Source: Candidatus Bathyarchaeota archaeon (GTDB lineage Archaea > Thermoproteota > Bathyarchaeia > Bathyarchaeales > Bathycorpusculaceae). From it: a DNA stretch of 64,000 nucleotides. The notes beneath the pieces are model-generated. The model was not told where the DNA came from and ran no database searches. It saw only the letters and a program-made list of their open reading frames with translations. How positions within the stretch are numbered: position 1 is the stretch's first letter; every line of letters begins with the position of its first letter. The stretch lies in assembly GCA_963717465.1 (NCBI GenBank), contig OY970340.1, positions 1,344,001 to 1,408,000 of the forward strand, in the 5' to 3' direction. The translations under genes were made by a program, and so were the position numbers. Positions 51,758 to 60,693 of this stretch are shown here, in pieces.

Positions 51758-53096
51758 TATTTCTAATTTTAAACAATGGTTAACGGAATTAGAGCGGTGT
51801 TCCAAGAAGTACCAAAAATATGGGTCCTTAAAACCGACACAAGTACAACTACTTGAGCAGGTATTCACGAATATAATTTCAAATAAGTACAAGGTTGTTA
51901 GCTATACCGCTCCTCCTTCATCAGGAAAGACCCATGTTATAGCTCTTTGTTCCTCTTACTTGTGTAAAAATGGGTTTGATACATGCATAGTTACGCCAAA
52001 CGGCGAATTAAAGTCCGATTTCGCCAAAGAAATGCTGGAAGTAGATGTAGGAATTAAACTTTCAATTCCAATCGAATCCATAAGCAGTTACCGCAAGAAA
52101 AAAGAGAATTTTGACTACGTATTTGTTGATGAAGCTCACAATCTTCGTTCATCGATAGAAATAGACGAATCTATAGTTAAAACCTTCCATTTTGAAGAAG
52201 GCGAAGAGCTTTTTGATTTCGTGACTTCAGGAGTTGACCAGAAGAATTATGTTGTTAGGGAGTTAGGGATAGAAAGCTCTTCAGAAATATTACATAAAAT
52301 GTTAGAGATCGAACCTTTTAAAAAAGACGCAAGAAATCTCCTTAGGAAGCTCACTCAATGGAGGGCTTTCTACATTGGATATCAAAAATCTTGCAGTCTA
52401 AGGTTCCTTTTAGTCGATCCTCAAAAAAGGAGCATATTACCAAAAGGCAGATTGTTCTTGTTTTCAGCAACACGATTGGAAGAGAGAGAACTTACATTTT
52501 ATTGTAATATTCCTCCTGATTGTCTCATAACAATCGGAGAAAAAAAGACCCGCTTTGTTCCAAAAGAGAATATTCATTACAGCTTCTTGCATCTAGAAAA
52601 TAATGATGCGAAGATTGCAGCTTCTTTCGCATTATTAAATATGGCTAGAGTGCGAACACTAATTTTGCTTAATAACAATTGCAATTGTTTATTATGGAAA
52701 AATGCGCTTAATAAGAAATTTGCCGATAGACTGACAGTTGTGCAGTCAGGTTTAACATATTTAGAAAGAATGAAGGCTTTTAAAACGTTTGATGAAGGTG
52801 ACGCAAAAATACTCGTAACCTCTTCAAATGTTTACTGGGAAGGCATAACGATAAAGAATTTGAAATTACTTATTATTCCATATAATCCATTTCCCCAACC
52901 GTCAATTATTGAACTATCCGAGCGAAAAAACCCTGATTACCAAAAAATAGCAAACAGGCGTTTGGTCCAAGGCATAGGTCGCATTGGCAGGAAACCTGAA
53001 GAAACAGGTCTATGCGTTTTGCTTTTCCGTCCATCGAAAATGTTTCGATACGTTAAAGAAAGCACTTTAATAGAGCTTCTAAAGTTGTATTTGTGA
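51723..53096 (+). CDS. Second SF2 (DEAH) helicase with Helicase_C_2-like C-terminus
   Basis: LKPTQ, APPSSGKT, VDEAHN, FSAT, YWEGITI, VQGIGRIGR. Confidence 0.85.
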   Translation: MQNSRNQFSTSSISNFKQWLTELERCSKKYQKYGSLKPTQVQLLEQVFTNIISNKYKVVSYTAPPSSGKTHVIALCSSYLCKNGFDTCIVTPNGELKSDFAKEMLEVDVGIKLSIPIESISSYRKKKENFDYVFVDEAHNLRSSIEIDESIVKTFHFEEGEELFDFVTSGVDQKNYVVRELGIESSSEILHKMLEIEPFKKDARNLLRKLTQWRAFYIGYQKSCSLRFLLVDPQKRSILPKGRLFLFSATRLEERELTFYCNIPPDCLITIGEKKTRFVPKENIHYSFLHLENNDAKIAASFALLNMARVRTLILLNNNCNCLLWKNALNKKFADRLTVVQSGLTYLERMKAFKTFDEGDAKILVTSSNVYWEGITIKNLKLLIIPYNPFPQPSIIELSERKNPDYQKIANRRLVQGIGRIGRKPEETGLCVLLFRPSKMFRYVKESTLIELLKLYL

Positions 53097-53313
53097 CTTT
53101 TCAAGCATTTAGCGAATAACAGCGCTCTACTATATGCTTGAAAGGTGTATTACCAATTTCTGTTTGAAGAAACGATTAATAGAACAAACATGAACACAGC
53201 GACTGCCAATGTTTCCCATTTTATTGAGACATTTTCAAGCCACAGAATTCCAGTTAAAAGCATGAATATTACGCAAAGAATTGCAAAAAGCGTATTTAAA
53301 TTGTTTCTTCTCA

Positions 53314-54387
53314 TCATTTTAATAGCTTCCGTTTCTCAAAATCCTTGGTTCCTTCGTAGCATGCTTTTCTCTTTATATAGTGGTCTACTGAACAGTTGGA
53401 ATAACTGACACAAGCGTCAATATTTTCCATTAGTGGTGTTATCTTTAAAATCTTATTTTTAATATAGTTGTTAAGATCAGTCTTGCTAGCATTGGGCAAA
53501 TAATTGATGAAATCGCGGAAAGCCCAATAATAACGTATAAAATTTATTTCATCCAATGCGAGGTTTTCTATATCGCGTTCATGCCATTTGAGGATGTGTG
53601 GCTCAATTGTTTTGTTTTTTACTTCCTTCTTGACTGCCCTGATAAGTTCGCGAACGTGTCTTTGCAGTGTGCTCATGTGCATGACTTTGACTCCCGTGAA
53701 AAGGCTGATATTCTTCTTTATTTTTTTCTTGAATTCTGGGACAAGTAGGATTAACTGATCTTGTAGGAAATATGAAAGCAGAGGTAAGAATACATTATCC
53801 CTTGTCTCTCCGAATAGATTAGATTGGGCATTATAATATCCCGCCTTATCATGCAAGGTTACACTACTATCCTGAACCATCGAAAGTGGATGAACAACGG
53901 TGTCTGAATTCAATTTGACTATAGTTGGGAAATCATCGTAATAATTTCCGCTTAATAAAATGGGACAGTTCTCTTTGTAGTGCCCGAGCAGTAAAACGCC
54001 AAGTTTATTGTTTTTTTGCACTTGTTCATACAAACCTGCAAGAAAATACGTATTGAGCTTCTCAAAAGGATAATCAAATCCACCTTTGAATGACAAAACG
54101 AGTGAGCACTCCGAGTTTTTTTTCTCGTGCTCGATTTTTGCTTTAAACATGTCGACATAGTCTTCGCCAGCTTCACTTAAAATTTTAACAATATCGAGTC
54201 CATTGAGTTCTTGAGGCAAGTGAATTACGGTCTCTACTAAAGAAGATGTATCCTCTTTAAAACTGGTTCTAACAGTGAAAGCTTTCTCAACCTCTAGAAT
54301 GTATTCGTCATCAGTGATTTTTTTCCATCCAAATCTATCCGTAAACTCACGGATCATTTTGTCCAAATTATTAATCATATTAATCAC
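53314..54387 (-). CDS. Hypothetical protein (island cargo)
   Basis: 357-aa open frame, no motif recognised. Confidence 0.6.
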   Translation of the reverse strand: MINMINNLDKMIREFTDRFGWKKITDDEYILEVEKAFTVRTSFKEDTSSLVETVIHLPQELNGLDIVKILSEAGEDYVDMFKAKIEHEKKNSECSLVLSFKGGFDYPFEKLNTYFLAGLYEQVQKNNKLGVLLLGHYKENCPILLSGNYYDDFPTIVKLNSDTVVHPLSMVQDSSVTLHDKAGYYNAQSNLFGETRDNVFLPLLSYFLQDQLILLVPEFKKKIKKNISLFTGVKVMHMSTLQRHVRELIRAVKKEVKNKTIEPHILKWHERDIENLALDEINFIRYYWAFRDFINYLPNASKTDLNNYIKNKILKITPLMENIDACVSYSNCSVDHYIKRKACYEGTKDFEKRKLLK

Positions 54388-54799
54388 AAATTAAACATAA
54401 TTTGCGCTCCAATATTTAATAATTTCGTAAGGCAATAATCAAATTGAATGCTAGACAATACGTATGAAAAATGGCTTAAAAGAGTATCGCGTCAGCCCAT
54501 GCGCGATGCAACTGGCGCAGCACCTACTGAAAGCCAATTCACCGGGATTTCTCCGATTTTCGCCACGTTCGTCCTGCTGGGATGCTCACCAGCGATACGA
54601 TCGTCCGTGCCGAAATCCGTTCGGCATATCCATTTTTTCTTTCGCCTGTAGGACTTGCAGGACAAGGTTTTGGTTAATGTTTTCCTTCCGACCCTTTCTG
54701 AAACAAAGGTCAAAAAGTGTGCCTCGCAGGTCTCACAAATGAACGACTTTTGCAGCCGTGTTGGCCTCGGCTACGTAAGTTGTCAGCTGGTACCGCTTG

Positions 54800-55125
54800 G
54801 TCAATTGCTAGGGGCTTTGTGCAGGAGAGGCTTTCGCTACCGGATCCATTATGACGGAGACAGGACTGACATAGCCTTCCCAAGCAAAAAGGTGGCAGTA
54901 TTCATAGATGGCTGCTTTTGGCATGAGTGCCCCATTCACTCCCATCAACCAAAGTCAAACCGAGCTTATTGGCTGCCAAAATTGAAAAAGAATATTCAAG
55001 AGACACTCCAACAAATGAGCGATTAAACGCTGAAGGGAGAGTAGTTTGCGATTTTGGGAGCATGAGATAGATGATATAGATTGCATTGTTAACAGAATTG
55101 CGGCTGCACTAAATTCAAATTGAAT
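54800..55125 (+). pseudogene. vsr: Vsr very-short-patch repair endonuclease remnant
   Basis: GFRYR, DIAFP.KKVAVFIDGCFWH.CP, PKSN..YW.PK; RFWEHE in a shifted frame; N-terminus missing. Confidence 0.8.
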
Positions 55126-55316
55126 TATTGCTCTGCGCTTTCTATTAGGAGACGCTTGTTTTCTACATCGATTTTGACTTTGACTTTCTGGTTTGGCTTG
55201 AAGGGGAAGGCCGAATCGTTTGACACCTGCCTCGGAATGTAAACATAAAACTTGTCGTACATCTTCCTGCCCGTCTGCGTGGGTCTGTTTACCAGCTTTG
55301 ATTCTGATTCCAACAT
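55125..55316 (-). CDS. AbrB/SpoVT-like small DNA-binding protein
   Basis: FYVYIP..V..DS.FPFKP.QKVKVKID. Confidence 0.65.
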   Translation of the reverse strand: MLESESKLVNRPTQTGRKMYDKFYVYIPRQVSNDSAFPFKPNQKVKVKIDVENKRLLIESAEQ

Positions 55317-55631
55317 CGTGAATCCTAAATTGGTGTAGCGGCTTGTTCCCCATAAGTGGCTTTTAAGATACCAAAATAGGAAACAATTTGATATACCAAA
55401 ATGGTAGATTTTATTAAGCGAGGTAGCGATTAAAAAAGCGTGAAAGGGGGAGGTAGAATGGATCTAAAAACAGAAAGCGGCAAAACCACGCGTAAGGGTA
55501 TGGCGCTGATTTCCCGAATCATTTTTATGCTTTTGGGCATTGGCACCATTGCAGCTCTTGTCTCAACTGTCACGCTTAATTTGTTAAACCCAAATTACTT
55601 ACATTTCACTAACGGCGCCACCTAGGCTCAA

Positions 55632-55910
55632 TTGGCAGCTCGCAGCTTTTCCTTTTCCGCATTTCTGGCATTTCTTGCAGTAGATGATATTGCGATGCTT
55701 TCGTGGTCAATAAGGCAGGTTCTATTGCGTCGGGGACCGATTTCACGGCCTATTTTTGCGGCTTTAATAATATTTGCATCCATCTTTTTTGTTCTTGCTC
55801 AGATTGAAACCACTGTTTTAGTCGCGGTCAGTTCCATTATTCTTTTGGCGCTTGACGTGATAGCGGTGCTCCTTTGGGCGCTCCTCTGGTTCGTGCGCAA
55901 ATACGCCTGA
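55632..55910 (+). CDS. Small membrane protein (possibly continuous with 55440-55625)
   Basis: Three hydrophobic segments. Confidence 0.4.
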   Translation: MAARSFSFSAFLAFLAVDDIAMLSWSIRQVLLRRGPISRPIFAALIIFASIFFVLAQIETTVLVAVSSIILLALDVIAVLLWALLWFVRKYA

Positions 55911-56087
55911 TGCCCCCGCAATGTACGCTGTATTTGGGCATGAAGGCCTTCAATTTTCTGGGGGGTATAAAGGGAAAGGCCTTCACGATTTTAACTAATC
56001 ATTAGAACATATAAAATACAATAAATAAACTGCAAGTTGACTTATTCTACAGCATCCAACCGGCGACAGGCCTTTGCCCTATAACTT

Positions 56088-56351
56088 TCAATGTCTATAG
56101 TGTTTGTAGGCAAAGTCGCGGCATGCGGCATTGCCCGGATCGACATGCTTGATTTTCTTTTTGCAGTAATTCCTGCGGGAGGCAACCAACAGCTTCTTCA
56201 TCGGCGACCCACGTGCTGGAGGTTCATGCGCCTTGTTTTCAGCGACAAAATGCTTGCAGTCTCCGCACGCGTTATCTTGCCACCTTGGCCCAAGAGCGTG
56301 GTCTCTTTCTCGTGCTTTATCTCTAAGTGTATCCCGACTCAAGACGAACAT
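56088..56351 (-). CDS. Small Cys-rich hypothetical protein
   Basis: CGDCKHF...YC......AACRDF pattern. Confidence 0.4.
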   Translation of the reverse strand: MFVLSRDTLRDKARERDHALGPRWQDNACGDCKHFVAENKAHEPPARGSPMKKLLVASRRNYCKKKIKHVDPGNAACRDFAYKHYRH

Positions 56352-56463
56352 ACCTCTGAACTATGGGACCGAAAGTTAGCGCGGCGCGCCTTTCCATTAG
56401 AATTTGGGAAAATAATGGATTCATGTCTATGTATACACTGCGTACACAAACAGTTATGTTTTT

Positions 56464-56608
56464 TGGCGGGCGGGGAGGGATTCGAACCCTCGACCCCCAA
56501 CTTAGGAGGCTGGTGCTCTGTCCGTAAATCCTACAAAACAAACCTCGACCACCACAAATCTGGAAGAGGAGGCAAAGGAGGATTTAATCCGTGCTGAGCT
56601 ACTCGCCC
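56464..56608 (-). tRNA. tRNA-Arg(CCT) with a 67-nt insertion in the D-loop; possibly degenerate
   Basis: GGGCGAG/CCCGCCC acceptor (one mismatch), GCTC/GAGC D stem, CCAGC-CTCCTAA-GTTGG, GAGGG-TTCGAAT-CCCTC, encoded CCA. Confidence 0.75.
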
Positions 56609-56780
56609 ATGAGCCACAATCAACAAAGCAACTATCTATAGAAACCTTACTGAAAATAAAAAAAGTTTTAAACTATTTAGAAGCCAAAGGCAGAAGTGAA
56701 AACACACGAAACGGCGTAGAAAACACATCAAACAATAGCGCAAAGAGCAAACTTGCAACCCTGCAGAAGTAGAATTAGTA
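56581..56780 (+). pseudogene. Putative tyrosine integrase N-terminal remnant overlapping the tRNA antisense
   Basis: IRAELLAH...KVLNYLEAKGRSENT...(shift) RANL..AEVEL resembles a SAM-like integrase N-domain (xGxSxNT motif); degraded. Confidence 0.45.
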
Positions 56781-56797
56781 GGTTTAATTTTGTTTGT

Positions 56798-57988
56798 TTA
56801 TTTAGAAACTGTAGGTGGAGGAGGCGGGGGAGTGGCACCACTTGGTTTTCTGAATTTTAAGAAGTATACTCCGATAAGAAGGACCACGATTACAACAACT
56901 ACTATCACTGCTACAATGATACCCGTCGAGCTGGAACTGTTCGCATTGGGAGATGTGTTTGAACTGGAAGAGGATGAACCGCTAGGATTAGATGAGCCTG
57001 TTTTAAAAGATGAATCAGACAGTACAACCACTTGGTTAGCAGAAGTAGTTACAAAGATTTCGTTTCTGGTTTTGTCGTAGGCTAACTCCTGAGGCGTATT
57101 AGTCAAGCTAACGATTGAAGAAACAGTGGTAGCTGTGTCTGGAAGTATTGAAATTGTTGTGCCGTTCGCGATGATTATATCTCCTTTGGCATAATCGTAA
57201 GTTAAGGCACCCGGAGTTGCCTGAAAGTCGCCTGGTCCCACATTGATTTGTTCAACGGTTGAATTAGAGGCGTCACTTATGACATTAACTCTGCCGACTC
57301 CTCCAGCAGCACTTTCATAGATGTAGCCTTTACCTGAATCGTAAGCTAAATTAAAACTGACATATTGGAGCATTGTAATGTTTTCTACAACTGAATTACT
57401 AGCATCAGATATAATGGACACATCAAACGAATAAGCCTCGGAGACAAAGATCTCACCCTTACCAGAATCATAAACCAAGCCTCCAGCATCTGTAAACGGT
57501 ATTTGAGTAATAACCGAGTTGGTTGTATCATTGATAACGTTAACCCCGTCACTTAAACCGGTGAATATTTCGCCTTTGGCTGAATCATAAGCCATTCCAC
57601 AGCCCACATAATCAATGGATCCGACAACTCCTGGTATAGTTGCGACAACTTCGTTAGTGGTGTCATTTATAACTGATAATGCACCGGAGTATAAACCTGA
57701 CACAAATACCTCGCCTTTACCTGAATCATAGACTATGTTTGCAGGATAGGATACAGTTATGTTTGCAACTATAGTGTTATTGGTGTCTGAAATAACTTGA
57801 ACCATGTTGGCATCTGTTTCGACAACGAATACTTCCCCTTTGCCAGAATCATAAGCTATTGCGCCTGGTGAACTTCCAACTGCTATCGTAGTGGTTGAAG
57901 TAGAATCAGCATGAACCCAACCAACCATCGGCATGGCAAAAACCATAGTAAACATTAACCCTAAAATTACACAAGCTTTAACTCTCAT
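56798..57988 (-). CDS. YncE/YVTN beta-propeller surface protein with C-terminal TM anchor
   Basis: Signal peptide, repeated YDSGKGE(V/I)FV...VI.DT.N.VV units, Ser-rich linker, TM helix, PPPPP tail. Confidence 0.88.
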   Translation of the reverse strand: MRVKACVILGLMFTMVFAMPMVGWVHADSTSTTTIAVGSSPGAIAYDSGKGEVFVVETDANMVQVISDTNNTIVANITVSYPANIVYDSGKGEVFVSGLYSGALSVINDTTNEVVATIPGVVGSIDYVGCGMAYDSAKGEIFTGLSDGVNVINDTTNSVITQIPFTDAGGLVYDSGKGEIFVSEAYSFDVSIISDASNSVVENITMLQYVSFNLAYDSGKGYIYESAAGGVGRVNVISDASNSTVEQINVGPGDFQATPGALTYDYAKGDIIIANGTTISILPDTATTVSSIVSLTNTPQELAYDKTRNEIFVTTSANQVVVLSDSSFKTGSSNPSGSSSSSSNTSPNANSSSSTGIIVAVIVVVVIVVLLIGVYFLKFRKPSGATPPPPPPTVSK

Positions 57989-58459
57989 AACCTTGACCTA
58001 CCCCTTTCGTAAAGGAGCGATAACCCGAAATTAAATTTAAAGTTATCGCTAAAACACATACTTTCCATTACATTAAAGTAAATGCAAATTAAACTTTAGT
58101 GCACTATTTGATTTCTTCTTTGCAATTACTCGCACACGACATTTCGTAGCATTCAAACGAGCGATAGCACATTTATTGACCACTCATTCTTCACAAGGTT
58201 CTAAGAATAATTGACTGCTTGTTTGTAGCAACAACATTAAATATGTGAATTAATTTCTAGCTTAATGGAAGCTACTGCTTGATAGTTGTTTTATAGATAG
58301 CTTTTTGGTTGTGTATTTTTTGCTTGAAGTTTTTAAGATTCAAAGAAGTAAAACACAGTTTCTATCTTTCCCGAGAGTTACAAAAGCTGGTTTAGTTAAT
58401 TTTAGAGACGCGAATAAAATGCAGTGTACATGTTGCTTGATTAAGGGGGGACTTCAAAT

Positions 58460-58693
58460 TTGACGACTGAAACTCTTCTGCCTGAATCTTTACCTAAAGA
58501 AATTAGACTTTCTTTTCTTGAGGAACGCAAACGAATTTGGATGGAAATCATTGAAATGTCACAAAACGCTTCAAAAAACGAGAATTCCCCAGAAGGCTTA
58601 GAACATTGGGAAAAAATAAACATTGATGCCAACGAAAGAATAAAAAAAATCAACCAAGAAATAATACTGCTGAGAAGCAATAAATCCTTTTGA
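58460..58693 (+). CDS. Small hypothetical protein
   Basis: ORF preceded by AAGGGGG RBS. Confidence 0.45.
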   Translation: MTTETLLPESLPKEIRLSFLEERKRIWMEIIEMSQNASKNENSPEGLEHWEKINIDANERIKKINQEIILLRSNKSF

Positions 58694-58978
58694 AGCTTTC
58701 AAATTTTAATTGGGGTAGGGTGAGGGATAACCCCTCGCCATAAAGAAGCCTTCTCCCTTTCTCCTTAAAAATATACTATTGCTTTAAGCTTTAAAAGGGA
58801 TATTTCAATAATCGGCATATATCCAATTCTATTTTGCTTGATTCATCCTGCTTTATTCTTGCTTTCTTAAACCATGATCAAAAGGCTGCTAAAACGCCAG
58901 CTAACAAGAACGGCGTACGCATATATGAAAATCTTAAAGCACTCCAAAAACCAACATGTCGACTGTTTCAGCGATCCC

Positions 58979-59389
58979 TTAGACTTCTGGTTTTGGTTTA
59001 CTAGTCTCCAAGCTGATTCTTTCTGCATCCTTTATAAGCCTTAACAGCTCTGGCTTTAAAACTTCAAAATTTCTCACTTTTACATGGCGCACGTTTCCTC
59101 GTTTTTCCCTGATTTCGCCCGTCTTCAGCAGGTCTGAGTCAAGGCTTCCACCCATAAAAAACTCCAAGTCAACATGGTCCTTAGCCTGTGTTAACCAAAC
59201 GAAATCTTTGCTATCCAGTGTAAAAGTAATTTTTCCCTGCCGAACAATCTCCCCAGCCTCAGGAACAGCACTCTTAATCAATGCCCGAAGCTTCTGTGTA
59301 ATCTCCTTCTGTTTCAATTCAAGGCTGTCAAGAACTTCTTCAACAGTCCTTTTCACTTTTTTAACCATACAAAATAAACTTTGTTTCAC
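58979..59389 (-). CDS. DUF1801 (YdhG-like) domain protein
   Basis: LRALIKSAVPEA.E, HVDL.F..G..L, RHVKV. Confidence 0.8.
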   Translation of the reverse strand: MKQSLFCMVKKVKRTVEEVLDSLELKQKEITQKLRALIKSAVPEAGEIVRQGKITFTLDSKDFVWLTQAKDHVDLEFFMGGSLDSDLLKTGEIREKRGNVRHVKVRNFEVLKPELLRLIKDAERISLETSKPKPEV

Positions 59390-59517
59390 ACGTTATTATT
59401 GCTTCCTTTTTGCATTCTGCAACTGAAGACACTCGCCAAACTCCACTTGGTCAATACGGAAATTTTGAGAGAATGCAAAAAACTTAAACAATACCCTGCT
59501 GTCAAATAGGTGCTGGT

Positions 59518-59637
59518 GCGAGGGTATCCGAGCCAGGTCTAAATAGGCGGCCAGATCATGAAAGCCTAAGATATGGAGGAGGACTTAAGATCCTCTGGCG
59601 TTGGCCTTCGTGGGTTCAAGTCCCACCCCTCGCACCA
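59518..59637 (+). tRNA. tRNA-Leu(TAA) with a 32-nt D-loop intron (59543-59574)
   Basis: GCGAGGG/CCCTCGC acceptor, GAGGA-CTTAAGA-TCCTC, long variable arm, GTGGG-TTCAAGT-CCCAC, CCA; BHB-like GTCT/AGAT helix with AAA and ATG bulges; TATA-like box ~59483-59488. Confidence 0.92.
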
Positions 59638-59888
59638 CCATAGAAAAAAACGCGTGGGTTTATTATAGCGATGTTTCCCGCTTTCAAAATATAATCAAAG
59701 CTTTTTTCCTGGACAATTTGTGCATCCCAAAATCGAACACAGATTCGAAGACTGATTCAATCAGTAGATTTGCTAGCTCCTGTTTTTGTAACTTTAGAAA
59801 CAAAGTTATTTTCATGCTTGAACGGCGCTTCTTTCAGCCGAATATGAATTAACTGTTTTTTGAGGGAATAAATGTTTATAAGTATGGT

Positions 59889-60549
59889 ATGGCATACCAC
59901 ATTATAGTTTGCCACAGCGGAAGGTTAGCAATGATGATTAAAGCAAGAAACACGCCTCCAACAATGGGTGAAATTCAATTTAAAGTTCTTGAATATTTAG
60001 GTGAAAACCCTAATTCTTTAATTCTGCCAATTAGTGAAAAAATTGGGTCCGATCGGAAAAACACTTTTGACGCTTTGAAAACTCTTGCAGGGGAAAAAAA
60101 GGGAAAAAAGAGACCGAATAATTTACGTTATAAAAGGAGACATTGTCAAAAATGAGAAAGGAGTACAACTTCAAAGCTGGAAATTGTCTTCTTACGGTGT
60201 TGCTTGTGTTTTCGCTTACTCACAAAAAGAGACTGTAGTTAAAAGAACAGCCCAAAACTATGAGAGTTTTATAGCTCCAGATTATAAAGGCTTATTCTCT
60301 TCGATGGAAAAGGAACTAAATAATTGGTCTCTAATGCAGAAATTATTAAACTTGCTTGGACACACATACCTTTTGTATGGCTCAACAAGTTTAGATAACG
60401 CCACTAGGACTGGATTATTGTCAAAGAATTTTTTTACTCCCCACGAAGTAATAGAACTCAGTCGTATCGTTCCCAAGTTTCAACCATTAAAAGATGAATT
60501 TCAAACAGCAAGGGATCAGCTGGACGCAATTTTGAAAGGTGAAGAATAA
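59889..60549 (+). CDS. Winged-helix protein split by a frameshift in a purine homopolymer tract
   Basis: QFKVLEYL...ISEKIG.DRKNTFDALKTL, then WKLSSYG. Confidence 0.5.
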
Positions 60550-60693
60550 GTTTAAACAACAAATTATTCCTTAAATATTTTTTATTAAGAAGAGGCGAGC
60601 ACTCGAAGGGGATATCTTAGTTCTTATATCTCTTTTTAGCTCTACTCTCAGCGTATTTTGGTGAAGAAGCCTGTGCGAGAATATCCCAAGTTT

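Larger units (their letters stand above)
42478..56489. mobile_element. tRNA-Arg-targeted genomic (defence) island, ~14 kb
   Basis: Perfect 26-bp direct repeat TGGCGGGCGGGGAGGGATTCGAACCC at 42478-42503 and 56464-56489 (tRNA 3' end); defence cargo; no intact integrase seen. Confidence 0.85.

Noticed and set aside
47832..53096. pPIWI-RE or DdmDE system
   Set aside because: The Ago has a recognisable PAZ domain, there is no REase gene in the operon, and both helicases are short with no visible nuclease domain; only HMM searches can fully exclude these
56091..56597. 168-aa plus-strand ORF and overlapping 56323-56541
   Set aside because: Largely shadow frames over the tRNA and a minus-strand ORF; no coherent domain
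59601..59852. 83-aa ORF starting inside tRNA-Leu
   Set aside because: Begins within the tRNA sequence; no protein motif
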